64,000 nt of DNA from Parasitella parasitica NRRL 2501 (Eukaryota > Fungi > Mucoromycota): contig MU619283.1 of assembly GCA_025201805.1 (NCBI GenBank), positions 148,357 to 212,356 of the forward strand, in the 5' to 3' direction. Under the pieces are notes generated by a model that had not been told where the DNA came from, ran no database searches, and saw only the letters and a list, made by a program, of their open reading frames with translations. The stretch's first letter is position 1. Every line of letters starts with the position of its first letter. Of this stretch, positions 39,317-52,703 are shown piece by piece. The position numbers and the translations under genes are program-made.

Positions 39317-40554
39317 TCAGTTACATGAGGGTGTGCCATGAAATACTGGACACTTTGGCATAAACTTTTCAGGGCCAAGCTCTTCAATGCGATAGCCGTC
39401 TGTATAAATAGCCGGGTGATATACAACATAGTGTGGCATGTATTTTCCCTTTTCATTCGGATGAAAGGGCGTTCGAAGATCAAACATGTCTCTTGGAAAA
39501 CAAAGATATCTAATGAACATGGCTCGTGTGAAAATAACGCAGTCGAAAAACAGCCGCATCAGACTAGACGCTCTCTTGATTCCAAATGCTCTACATTCTC
39601 CATCCTCCAGCAAACAAGGCAAAATCTTGTAAAGCAGAGGAAGCATAAATCCGGGCAATCTTCTCCCCAGGTGCTTTATCGTTGGATCAGCGCATTTCCA
39701 GTTTGCAGGATGATAAGTGACGGACGTAAACTCGTATTTTTTCTGTATCTTGTACCATTCTTCTAGTGTATCCGGAATGTCTCTAATGTTCATTTGTGTG
39801 CCAATTTCATGCCAAACTTTGAAAATAGCCTGTATTATTGTATGTTATAACTCTGCAAAATCAAAGTGAGGGGGACGGAGGGGGGGGGAGGGGTTCTTCT
39901 TACGTTCACTTCTCTAATATCAAGTTTTCTCCATTCCCAATTGTTGATCCAGCGGATAGGCTCTGCCACGAATAGTACCAGCGTGTATAAATAGTCATCG
40001 TTAGATATATTGTACTTTCCATGGATCTCGTTTAGTCTTGCGATAGATGCTTCTCGTCGTTTATATTGTTTACAAATATCTTTTTCTGAAATGTGAGGGT
40101 TTCTTCGCATTTCATTTTGAATACGTGGGTACGCATCAATAATTTCTGATAGAATAAGCTCAGTGTCTTCAGCTCGACGAGGACAGCGGTCTAGAAACTC
40201 TCGAGTCGACACAAGTAACTTGCTGACAGAGGGCGTTGCAAATGGCTTGAACAACGCAAATTCAAGAGAAGACCGCGCAAACACTTGTTGATTCAATCAA
40301 TGATGCAATCCATTTCTTTGAAATACAAACTACTTACGAGGGAATTCTTTGCGAAAGATATTGCTGTATATCTCCATTGCGATATCATGGTTCTCCAGCA
40401 CAACGTTTGGATCCGGGTACTTTTCAATGACACTTTTGACAAATTGGAATCGACGATATCGGACGTACATCAAGTAGCTGATGCCCAGAAAGACGCTTAC
40501 TGTCCCAAACAATTGCAGCTGACCAGTACTGGCTATTAAACTTTGAAGAAACAT
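39317..40554 (-). CDS. MpaB/DUF2236 (Lcp-related) ER-bound oxygenase-like protein, 3 exons
   Basis: N-terminal TM helix, LEFALFK.FA.PSVSKLL..T.EF, RRAEDTELIL, RLNEIHGKY.ISNDDYLYTL, P.RWI...EWR, G..MNI.DIP, GY.IEELGP. Confidence 0.82.
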
Positions 40555-42623
40555 ATTGTATATTACGGAAAAGAAGAGCTTTCGGCAAAGATTGTGTCAA
40601 TTTTTTATTGTCAAATGCCTTACATCCCCTTTGTTTGTCATACTTGCCTTGTCCCTTGCCCTCCCTCCCCCCCCCCTTGAACCTTAATCAACTTTTTTCA
40701 TTTGCAGTGTACGCTGTCGCAAGCCTGTTGATCAAAACTGGTTTGAAAAAGATGAGAAAGTAAACAAACATTTAATTAAATGCATTGCTTCTTGTTTTAT
40801 GTTTACATCTCAAAAACTAGAGTGCGGGTTACACTGAGATCACAATAACAATATCACGTACTCCTAAAAAAAAAGGCCAAGTTCTTCATCCGTGATGCTA
40901 GGGCTAAAAAGAGAAAGTTGCTGCTTTAGCAAAAAAAAGTCATCAAGTTACGAGTTAGTTTACGGTCGCAAAATCAATTGGAATTTAGGTCAATGTTGCC
41001 TTCTAGATAACATAAAAGCTGTTTAGCAAAATAATGTCTGTTGTGCCAAGTCTTGAAAAAGGGCACAGCAAACGATTGCATGTGATCAAAGTAATAAAAA
41101 CTATCAAGTTACTAGATACATAACTAACGATTTTATTAATGGATAAGAAGTTGTCTATTTATACAGAATCAATCTACACGAATCAATCTATAAATACAAT
41201 CAGATCATATTTGACACTTGATTGTCAAACAAGGCTATACCACAGTATTAGTCAAAACAAAACTTACACATATTTAATCAGCTTATCGTTTTGAATGTTG
41301 TTAATTACTCATAAAATTTAAGCTTCGTAATCTACAACAAGTTAAAGCAAGCAGATCGCTTCTTATTTAAGACATTCTATGGTTTATTATATCTAGTAGA
41401 ATCATCAGTGACATTCAACCTTTGATCCGATCAGGAACGGTTGCCATGAGAACTGAGTTAAAATAATGATAGCTTGTTGGTTTTTGCTTATCAATTGGAG
41501 GTTGATTCTCATCTCAATTCTATTAATCGTAGAAGACTTTTAAAGACCAGGATTCTACGTTGCCCGTGATACATACACATGTAGTCTCCGTTGTATCCAT
41601 ATAAGGGCTATGTATTTCGTATCTATCATAGTTATAACGTTCAAATCATGGTATAAACTGTTGGTAATTCTTTTACAAATAAGGAATATGCTACAAGTTA
41701 TAATTGAATCCTTTGCAAGGTTCTAGGCTTATTCAAAGGTAACATAAAGATCAGATCGCGGGATGTCGGGGAGACATCTTGCCCACATCTTTTCTTTAAT
41801 GTAAAATAGAAGAATAGGTCAGTTTTGAAAATGCTGTGATTTACTAATGTTTGACACTTTTTGTCAAACATCAGCATAAACATTGATTAGGATATATCTT
41901 AGTATAAATAGAGATCGAATATGCTATGCATATAAAAATTTTCGGTTTCGTATCTAGTTTTATTCAGAGAAAGTCTTATTACTTCTTTTCACGTAACTTT
42001 CACGCTGCATTTCGCTGCGCCCTTTACACTAGCACCACAACTGTCAGATCAAAGATGAAAACTCGGTAACCTATTTTCCATCTCACAATCTTTTAATAAT
42101 CATGAATTATAGAGCTAAATCAAAGCCTGTCTTATGCGCCATCAAATCAGGCATAATCATCGCTATCTAAGCATAACTTGATTTCTTTTGGGCGATGTGT
42201 TTATCAAAAATCATCTGCAAAAACAGTTTTATTTTTCAATACTTATCATGGATATCAGATATTTGCACATGGCTTCAGCTAAAATGATCGTACGGAATGT
42301 AATAAAGTGATTTGAGAAGAATACATAATATTTGGAGATTATTATATGAATCTGCTGAATGTTACCAATCCAATCGAGCCATCCCATCCGTATACAATTC
42401 AATTATTCAATAATTAACAATGTGTCATCTAATCAATACGATACAAAACATATTATGATATCCTCAACCGTATAAGTAAACGAGAAAGACGGTGTGGTCC
42501 GTAACATATTCATGTAGCCACACAAGTTTATTCTGCAAATTAGTCAACCCTCAGTCAATTCTTTCATATAATATTGCAAAGAAATAAATCACAATGTTCA
42601 ACAGTATGAAAGCCACTTTTCAG

Positions 42624-43632
42624 TTAATTGTCGTTGCTTGATAATTGCAAGATTTCCAAGATACGAAGGAAAAGGTTGATAATGTCCAAATAAAGACTGA
42701 CAGATGCAATGATATAATCTTCGGCTGAATATCTGTTGAATATAAGGTATGTATCAAACAGAATATAACCGCTGAAGATAATAACACCTCCTACTGCAAA
42801 TGCCATTTGAATTCCCTTCGAGAAGGGAAAGAACATTTGAACCAACCCAGCGATGACCAGAATCCATATGCCCGCAAACAAACTACATGTGGATATGCAC
42901 CTAGTGTGAGCCTAATACTAGACTAATAACTACCCATTTCATCAACTTACAAAGGTGCCAATCCCGTAAAATCCCATTTTGATTGCAGAGTGAAAACAGT
43001 GAGTGCGATAAATACACCCAAAGTAATAATCAAAGCTTGCAAGACGAGTTTCTGGTTATAGAAGGTGACTATAAAAGTGCGTAATGAGCACCCCTTGTCA
43101 ACACAGTGTCTCACGTGCTTACCTATTGTTCCCACTGCGTGTGCTTCGAGCATTGTAAAGATGGCCAATAAGCCATAGTTCAAAGGATAAGACCTTGATT
43201 TCCAGAACAATGCAAACATAACACCGATTGTACCAATCATAGATACTATAAGCATCCACTGACTAGAAGATAAACGTAAACATATTTCTCAAAGATATCA
43301 CAGTGCGCAGCTACATCACATTTTCGACTTACTTTGATTGAACCCAGCTTCTTGCAGAATCATTTAAAAGGTAGAAAGATGATAAAACAGAGGTAGCAAG
43401 TAATTGAACGGCTAAAATTGAATAAACTTTTCTGACAAATCCTATACATACAATCATGAGAATAATGTAAAAGCAGCCGGCAAAACAACTTACCAAGTCG
43501 AACATCTTTTGAACTATTTGCAACCATCTCTTTAAACATATCGTCATCTTCATGTTGTCCCATTAAAGGCTGGGCTGCTTCTTCATCGTAGCGTGGAGGA
43601 GGGGCTGTGTGTGGTGCACTTCCGTAAGACAT
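42624..43632 (-). CDS. Bax inhibitor-1/TMBIM (LFG/Bxi1-like) membrane protein, 5 exons
   Basis: PPPRY N-terminus, R.GFVRKVYSILAVQL, YPLNYGLL, FTLQSKWDF, GYILFDT, SLYLDIINLFLRIL. Confidence 0.9.
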
Positions 43633-43990
43633 TTTTTTGTTGTTTTGAAAAAAAAAAAAAAAAAGAGAAAAATCTGCGGCTGACAAAATTCTCAAATATA
43701 TTACGGTATAATACAAAAAGTGATTATGCAGATTTCTTACTTCCAATCAAATCGAACTTTATAGTTAATATTAGTGACATTGCGTTATATGTCTCAAATC
43801 TCAAGCTAAAGAAACTGCTTGGAACTTTAGCGAGAGATTCATTGTGTAGAAAATTTTAGTTTTTTTTTACCCTATTACGACGAGTATGTAAATGTTCAAA
43901 AGAACATCTTTTCTGCGTTGTCATGACAACAAGAGTATCCATGGTATGATACATTTTTATTTATTAATAAATAAAGGCTAGCTATGCCCA

Positions 43991-45751
43991 TTAGAGTCTG
44001 GCACCCTCAGGGAACTTCTTCATAGCTTGTCTAACACCAAGATCAGCCATAATCTCTTCGGAGCCACCCAAGATGGCAGAGAATTTGTAGGTTCTTTGCA
44101 AAGTCTCGACAGTTCTACCCATACCAGTCTTTGTAATAGCACGACCACCAAAGATTTGACAAGCATCATCTGCAACATCGTGCATGACACGGGTAACATG
44201 GTACTTGCATAAGGCAATGGGACCAGCCAATTTATCAGATTGTTCGTCGTAGCTCATATTGTTCATTTGGAAAGTCAGATTTTCGATCCAAGCGTGAACA
44301 CTCTCAAGACTGGAGATCATCTTGGCCAATTTGTTGCGAATGACAGGTTGGTCAATAAGACGCTTTCCAAAGACTTGTCTTTGGTTTGACCACTTGAAGC
44401 ATTCTTCGATAACAAGGCGGCAAGCAATAGAACTGCCAGTAAGCATAACCCATCTATATGACCATCATCAGATACCGTATTTTTTTTTCTTTAGACTAAA
44501 ACTCACCTCTCGTGGTTAAAGTTGGAAAGAACAACCAAGAAACCCTTATTTTCTTTACCCAACAAGTTTTCTACTGGAACTAGAACGTTTTCAAATGTAA
44601 CATAGGCTGTACCAGCACTTGGAGAGTAAGATGTCTTTATGAGTTTAGTCTCAACGCCTTCGCCACGCTCAATAAGAAGCATGGAGATACCCTTCTCAGT
44701 TTGCACAGCTACAGAGAAGTAATCAGCCCAGCAACCACCCGTAATCCACTTTTTGACGCCATTAACGATGAAATGCTTGCCGTCAGCTGTGCGTTTAGCA
44801 GTTGTTCTGATACGAGCAACGTCAGAGCCAGCGTAAGGTTCACTGATGGCAAGGCAGATACGCTTTCTACCGGCGAAGACTTCAGGGATAATCTATTCAG
44901 ATCTGATCTAAGTACACAAGTAATTTTTAGCAGCGATTGCTTGCTTTCTTTACCTTTTTCTTGAGAGCAGGAGAGCCAAAGTTGAGGACAGTAGGAGCAG
45001 AGATGACCATGCCGCCAATGACACCATCGTCAAAACCACGAACCTTCCAGCGACCGATTTCCTCATGAACAATCATCTATACATAGGTCATATCAGTATT
45101 TTGAAATGGCTATTCAAATTTTATTTACTGCTTACCTCATGGAAATAGTCAAAATCTTCACCATTGATGCCGCCTGGAAGAACCATCCCATGCAAGTGGG
45201 GGCCAGGACCAATGTTCATGGCTAAAAGATGGTTCTCGCCCATCTTTTGCATGAATTCATCCGAGGGCCTAGTGCCAGCATCTTCGAATTCACGAGCCTC
45301 CACAGCCAAGGAATCACAGATCTTGCGAACAGCCGCACGAAGTTTGAAGTGAGATTCGCTAGATAATCAAATGTTAATCGCATGGCAATAGTACTACAAC
45401 AACAGAAATAACATACGTAAAATAGGGAGATTTGAAGCCCATCCAAGCGCTTGACTCAGCATAGGGTACTTTGGATAATGAGCCAGGTTCATAAAAGTCA
45501 ACTTGAGGCTTCTCGTCAGCAATTGTGCCGATCTTGTAGCGGTTGTACTTGACAAGCACTTCTTGACGATGGAGGCCGTAAAAAGCATCGGTTGCGTCTT
45601 TACCAGCTAATTCCATGATGGGGAAAGCCCCACCAGGATGCAAATCAACAAAGCGGCTCATATCATACACACTGGAATCAATAATGATCCATAAATCATC
45701 TTCTGAAGCATGGCGCTTGACTTCTTCGCGAGTAAAAGTTTTAAGACTCAT
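43991..45751 (-). CDS. Cytochrome b5 / acyl-CoA dehydrogenase fusion with a C-terminal PTS1 (ARL)
   Basis: b5 domain LWIIID..VYD...F...HPGG...AGKDAT.AF..LH. ACAD motifs CLAISEPYAGSDVA, NGVKKWIT, NFNHER, RQVFGKRL, QIFGG, ILGGSEEI. Ends EGARL. Confidence 0.92.
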
Positions 45752-46289
45752 TCTTTGTAAAGAGTAGGGGGTAAAGTAACAAAAATGTTTAGAAAAGAAG
45801 AAGAAAAAGAGCTCTTGTATAAGTATAATTCACTTGTGGGGAAAACACTCAATTGTGATTATCAAATTGATTTGTCACATTGCCCGGGAGTTGAAAACTT
45901 ACTGTGTGGCATTTACACAACATTAAGCAAGTTCTCGGTAACTCTACTGGACGATGCCACCTGATGCGAGCATATAAAGCACCTGGGACTAGTAAGTAAG
46001 CAGATATTTGCTATAGCATGATCATAAAGCTATAGGACTGTTCCCTAATTCTTGGTAGATGCTTATTAGATGCATGCATTTTTAGAGAGATTTTCATGAT
46101 TCCAATTTTGAATTCCATGTAAATAATTGTAATATTATTATCATGTTACCAAGGCGTGTCAAAAGGCTAAATAGATCATCCGTTTCTAATATTCATGTGA
46201 AACTCCCCACAAGAGTCATTAATTAAGGAATAATATATACATGCTAGACAATATGTTAAGAAAGAGTAAGGCTAGATTATGGAAGCTGC

Positions 46290-46901
46290 TTCTAACGAAG
46301 AACCTTTTCTTCTTTGTGTTCAGGAACAGGGACGTCGCGTTGCTAGGTTCGGTTTTCAACATCATTGTTCTTTTTTGTCTCGTGCGTGTGATAGCTACGG
46401 TGTGAAGCAAAAGGTTGAAAGACCTATGGTCTCTAGAGACCAAAAGAGACGATAGGAATAAAGATGACGTTGAGAGCCGTAAATAAAATGTATGTATTCA
46501 AACAAACAGGCGCGAACATGACAACCATAAAATTTGCCAAGCCAATTTGCCGCTGTTGATAGTGAATTTCTTTTTTGCACGAGAGACCTGTGAAAAAAGA
46601 TTTCAATTGGGTACAGCCATAACATGGTAGCCAACTTGCGCCGAACACAAAATTGGACAACATGGTAAATGCAACTGCGCCGCTAGCAGCAGCTTAGGTC
46701 TTTCCGGCACCCAAGAATGTAGCACAGGGTCCCTGTTTGCGCAACGAGAGCCCACATTCTAATCTTTCTTCTGCCCAGTCTTTTCAACTAGAAATACGTG
46801 TAACAAAATTATACTATAGAATCAACAGCAGCCATAGGCATGGCTATGTCAGTATCTGTACCCGCTTGAAGCATAACATCAGTCAAATAGTAAGCAGTGA
46901 T
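46290..46901 (-). pseudogene. Decayed MFS sugar-porter (STL1-like) gene, C-terminal half only
   Basis: Across frames: ITAYYLTDVMLQAG...AAVDSIV*(TAA), FLVE/RLGRRK, GAVAFTMLSNFVFGASWL/WLYPIEIF, NSLSTAANWLG/NFMVVMFAPV, TYILFTALNVIFIPIV, ETIG. Several frameshifts and stops. The 3' limit is approximate. Confidence 0.8.
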
Positions 46902-47664
46902 CTACAATACGATACATATTTACAAAATTTAAACATCAGTTTAGTGAGGTATAGTCTTAAAACTAAGTTTTTTACGATTTTTACATCCGTTCAATGCTTG
47001 GGTTTGGGTTTTGATTTACATGAATCCTTTTAACCAGAACCTGGAATTGTTGCGTCTATCAAGGTTTTTCTGGCCCCCTTTAGCATACCATTGTTATACA
47101 ATAAATTGTCAGTTTCATTGAAAAAGATTTTGTAATGAGTACATCAAACACTATTTCATCAGTGTTGATTTGGGAAATTATAAACTGCTCTTGGAACTGA
47201 TAATCTAATGACACAGCAGGTTATGGTTTTTTGTTTAGTTATGTATTCTTTTACTTTAGACAAGTAGCTTTTATTTTATGGTATTGGATGAACACTGAAG
47301 AAGCCGTTTCTTTCCTGCCTCCTAACATGTTGCATCGACAAATTTTATCGTCAATTGGCGTTTGACATGCCTTTTAAACTGTGATTTGAATACAAAAAGT
47401 AGACATTGCCATAAAAAGACTCATACGATGACCATGGTTGCCATGTCAACACATGTACTTGACATGTTTTTGTCTATACAAAGGCATTGCTAAGTGATAT
47501 CGCTGTGACAGTCCTTTGCCTACGACCAACAAGTTGAATCTCCCTTTCTGTTGAGAGACACCATAGTTGGTACATTCTTCCTCCCTTTTTCTTTAGCATT
47601 CATACCACTTTTCTTATCCATCTTTCATTCACTGGCTGATTGATAATCACATAGCATACATATC

Positions 47665-48741
47665 ATGACAACCCCAGATTTACCAGAGCAACTAAACATG
47701 TCTAGAAGCTCAACCACAGATGCGATTGCTGCGGATCCATCATCCAACGGCACTACATTCTATTCCACAGATGAACCCGATTCCGATCAGAAGAGAAAAG
47801 GAAGAAGTGAGGATCATCCTATATTAGTTACTAAGCAACAAAAGACCTATCATGAGGACGATAAAACCTTGCCCACCACTCCCACGACGCCTGCGCCCGC
47901 AACTGCACCTGCACCTGCACCTACACCTACACCTACACTTACACCAACACCTACACTTGGCTCTGCAACCCTCGGCCTCTCAACAACAGCCAAATCTTCT
48001 CAAAATGATTTCACTGTAATCCAGCAAACACCATTTGAATTGGAAACGCCAGACTGGTCAATCAACACCAAGGCCTGGGCATTCCTTCAGTCTCAAAATC
48101 CTAAATATCCAAACATTTATCTGGTCAAGAAGGAATTGAATGGACAAGAAAGAACCGGGTATTTGTTGGGCAGACAACCAGACAGTGATATCAGGTAAAA
48201 TCACTTTGTATCCACAGTGCAGAGACATGTTAACTCGAACGAATAGATTTGAACAGGGTGAGATTAGCAAGAGACACTGTTTGATTTACATGGTAACAAT
48301 CAAGAGTCCGAAAATGTCACCAATTACTGACGCACTGATCAATAGGAAACTGGCTCAAACGGTAAAGCAAAAGGCATTCGCATCTTTCTTGAAGATCTCA
48401 GGTATGTATGTCTGATCGACTTGTGATTGATAAAAGCCTTATGCGTTGTTACGTCGTCTAGTTTTAACGGGACGTGGGTGAATGGCACGCTTGTTGGTGT
48501 CAAAAATCGCGTCATGTTGAGAAACCGCGACGAGATTCAGTTGTTCAGGCGTACATCCTATGCAGAAAATGACTTGAGACAAAAATGTAAGGCCCAAACA
48601 ACATGCTTTGAACCGTTCAAAATCGACTCAAACCATACATAACCATCCTAAACACTTCAACAGTCTACCGTGTGTTGTTTCCTCCCATCTTTGAAGCATA
48701 CGTAAGTGTTTTTGTTTTGTTTTTTTTAAAANNNNNNNNNN

Positions 48742-48776
<35 letters not shown>

Positions 48777-50046
48777 ATTATACTGAGATATTGCCTATAA
48801 GACTTGCGACCATGAGTACGAAATCACAAGATTGCTGGGAAGAGGAAACTTTGCAAACGTACATCACGCAATTCATCGCCGAAATGGGACGGTTGCTGCA
48901 ATCAAAGTACTCAACAAGAATCGCTTTGCTCAAAAGCCAAAGATGATTCAAGCAATTATCCAGGAAGTGGGTATCATGATGTCGCTTAGGAAGCACGTAA
49001 GTTGCGTTGGCATAGTTACTCCTGTGTGTGTGTTTACTAATATTGAATTGAGCAGCCTCTTGTTGTCAATATCGATAGAGTTTTTAACGAACAACACAAG
49101 ATTTATTTGGTTTTAGAATTGTAGGTGTATATAATGTTTGATTCTGATGCAGATATTAACATTTATACACTACAAAGCGTACCTGGGGGAGAGCTGTTTG
49201 ATTACGTTTCCACCAATAAAACAATTGACGAGGATAGTACTCGATTCATTTTCTGGCAGCTGTTCACAGCCATCAAAGTAAGTGCTAATGGCTGCTGCTG
49301 CTGCTGCTGCAACAATAGTAGATGGCTACAACTAATCCACTCGACAGTATCTTCACGACAACAACATTGCTCATCGTGATTTGAAACCGGAGAATGGTAA
49401 GTCAACGGTGTCATGTACGACTAGACGCTCTGTATGTTTACTCCATTGTTGTAGTTTTACTTGCTGACAAGGAGAAGCTACATATAAAAATCACGGATTT
49501 CGGCTTGGCTAAAACTGAACACAGAGATCAAAGTTTTGGCAGTCAATGTGGCACCCCGAACTATGGTAAATTTAGAACAATCGATAATGAATTCCAGATA
49601 TTAAAATTTCTTTAGTTGCCCCTGAAATCCTGAATTCTTCCGACAACCGTGCCTATGATAAACAATGCGATTTGTGGAGTTTGGGTGTCATGTTATATAT
49701 TTGTCTCTGCGGTTTCCCACCATTCTCTGAAGAGAATGCGCCTCCCTCTATGAAGGCTCAAATCAAAATGGGCAAATATGCTTTTCCTTCGCCTTACTGG
49801 GACAATATCTCTGAATTAGCAAAGAGCCTTATCAGATCACTGTTGACTGTGGATCCCACCGAAAGAGCAAACGTCCGGGAGGCCCTCTTACATGAATGGA
49901 TGCACCAGAACCTGGAGGACCTGAAGGCGAGACAGAGTCGTTTGGGAGAAGCAATTTTGGCAGACATCTCGCAGTCAGAACAAGTGGTTGATGTTACCCC
50001 AACTCAAGCACTTATGACACAGTCTCAATCACTTGAGCGGTTTTAA
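47665..50046 (+). CDS. FHA-domain Ser/Thr kinase of the CHK2/Cds1/Dun1/Mek1 group, multi-exon
   Basis: FHA: LLGR...ISKRHC...EDLSFNGTWVNG. Kinase: GRGNFANV, AIKVL, GGELFDY, HRDLKPEN, DFGLAK, CGTPNYVAPE, DLWSLGV..YICLCGFPPF. Confidence 0.9.
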
Positions 50047-50196
50047 ATGACGAAGAACAACAGCAACAATGAATGTATCACAAATATTAACCCGGATCAC
50101 AAGTAACTGCCATTTTTAGAGTTTTGTTGTTTTTTCATGCCTTATAAATACTCACAAACAGGCTCGTTTACATTTTCTTCTTTTCTTGAAATAAAC

Positions 50197-51125
50197 ATGA
50201 ATTATCCATTTAACCAGCACCATGGCATTACCATGTACGACACGATCACCCGTACTGTTTGCTGTCTCTGTATACCAACAAATATTGGAGTACCTTTGAT
50301 AATAACTTTATGGATTGTAGGTAAAAAAAAAAAAATTAGGTTGCAAGACCGAAATTCCAGTCGAATTGACATTACATGTAGGCTGTGAGCTTATTCTTTG
50401 CTAGTTTTTCATTCATGAACAAGAGCCGTAAGTCAAATATAATGTTACATGCACAAACACGCATAGTGCTCACTCGAAATAGCATTTTTTTCATATTGCA
50501 ATGAGCCTGCAACGATAGCGTTTGGTGTGATCAATGTCTTGTTTGTCATAGTGCTGCTGTACGGTTATACATTGCATATCTTTTATCGGTCAATGAACAG
50601 ATACAGACAGTATGCAAAGCTGTTCACCTGTTTTGTGTCTGTCATTCTTATCGACATGTTTGCCAACTGCGTCTTGTTTGCTGTTCAGAAAGAAGATTAC
50701 ATCTACTGGTGTTCAGCTCGATCAAACGATGAATTTCAAAAAGGCACAGCTATCCAATTAGATCCACAAGCAGCCGATTCACTTGCATTCCACTGCAATA
50801 AATTACACGGAATAGAAGCAAAATTCGCATTCCTGCTCTTCACCTGTGCAGTATTCACTTTTGTAAGTTGTTCACCACTGGCCATTTCACTGTACTCATC
50901 ATGTGTTTGAACCTCAATTAGGGATTTTGGGCTTCAGTGATAGTGAACGACTCCAAAAACTTTGTCATGATCCGCCCTGAAATATCGATACACCCTCCAA
51001 TGACATCAAACATGAATGCGATGCTACCTGCACATCTCGATAACCCTAATGCGAGCACCGTTGTATTATCGAATATACCACCCTCAGCAGAGAAATCTAA
51101 AGATGCAAGCATCGTTTTTTCGTAA
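50197..51125 (+). CDS. Small multi-pass membrane protein (~4 TM), unknown function, ~4 exons
   Basis: CCLCIP..IGVPLIITLWI start, further hydrophobic segments, a loop with two Cys (YIYWC...FHC), GT-AG introns keep frame. TAA 51123-51125. Confidence 0.65.
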
Positions 51126-51238
51126 AGAAGTAGTGGTGTTACACTTTGAATCTCCCCTGTGATAATGGGGATTCCTTTTTCATTCGCATTACTAGACCTG
51201 TCCTTTTTTTCCCCTTCTGTAATTGCATATAAATAAAC

Positions 51239-52703
51239 ATGGCAAATTTTATCCAAAAATCAATTAAACGTGTAGCCATCATTGGCGGTGGGCCAGGTGG
51301 GATTGCTGCCGCCAGAGCATTGCGTGATGAGGGCAATTTTGACACAATAACAATTTTCGAACGTAACAATCATACAGGCGGAACATGGTATGTGCTAGCA
51401 ATAACCTAGTTGATTTATATCTAGCAGTTGGGTCTCACACACTTATCACAGGCACTACTCTCCGGAGACCAACCATCCCCCTCCGTTTCCCTCTACAAAT
51501 GCGCTACAAGTCGACACAACATTACACATGGGAAAACTACATTCGCCTATCTACGCTAACCTTCATACAAACCTGCCTCACCCAGTAATGTGCTTCCAAG
51601 ACGTATCATTCCCCAAAGACACCCCTTATTTTCCGTCGCATGTGAATGTTATGAATTACTTGGACCAACTAGCAAAGAACGAGAATCTTCTACCGTGGAT
51701 ACGTTTCTCTACCTTGGTGGAAAATGCTGTCTTTGAAAATGATGTGTGGAACATTTCTGTGAATAACAATGGCAAAGCCTATACTGAAAAATTCGACGCT
51801 GTAGTCGTTGCTACTGGCCATTATGCTGTTCCCTATGTACCTGACTTTTTGGGTCTAGATAAACTAGCCCAGAACGAAAAAGTACAATTGCTTCATTCTC
51901 GAGATTATCGTCAACCAGAAGATTTCAAAGGGAAGGTAACAATAGCTAAATATATGTGAAAAAAAAAAAAAAAAGTACATGCAGAGGTTTAATTCTTCTT
52001 TGTTTAGACCATCTTGGTTATAGGTGGCGGTTCTTCGGCCATTGACATTGTCCGAGAGACATCCGCTGTAGCCATCAAAGTGTACCAATGCATCCGCACC
52101 GAAACAGAACTCTCTCGTCAAGCTTTAGAAAGATATCCTCCAAATGTACATCAAGTATCTCTCATAAAAAGTTTCAATGACAGCAACAGCTCTTTTTCAG
52201 TTGACTTGCAAGACAATTCCACATTAACGGATGTGGATGTCGTTGTGTTTGGTACTGGCTATCTCTACAGCTTCCCGTTTTTACCTTTTCAAAAAGATAA
52301 TCTTATCAAAACGGGACAAAAGGTGCATAATTTGAACCAATACTTGTTTTATCGAAACAACCCCACCTTGGCCTTTTTGGGCTTACCCATCAGAGTGGTT
52401 CCATTGCCGTTGATGCAGCGCCAAAGTATTGTCATGGCAAGATACTGGAGCGGGAAGATCCCAATGTATCCATTCCTCGAAAGCGAAGAAGAAGGCGACG
52501 GCGACAACCGCTTGGAGTTTATTATGGGCGTTGCCAAAGAATTCGACTACGATGAGCGATTAGGAGCTTGGGCAGAAGGATGGGTAGAGTCTGATAGAGA
52601 AGGATGGCAATCAGATCATCCGTTGACTGGCCGTCTATCAGAACAGTGGAAAGACCTTCGAAAAAATGCATTGAGCCTGCGTAGAGAGTATTTAGGATAC
52701 TAG
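51239..52703 (+). CDS. Flavin-containing monooxygenase (FMO1-like), 3 exons
   Basis: FAD motif VAIIGGGPGG, FER...GGTW, LHTNLP, ATGHY, FMO fingerprint variant LLHSRDYR, NADPH motif IGGGSSAID, FGTGY. Confidence 0.92.

Noticed and set aside
4045-50046. A DNA-maintenance gene cluster (SMC6, POL1, CHK2-like)
   Set aside because: The genes are tens of kb apart and interleaved with unrelated housekeeping genes.
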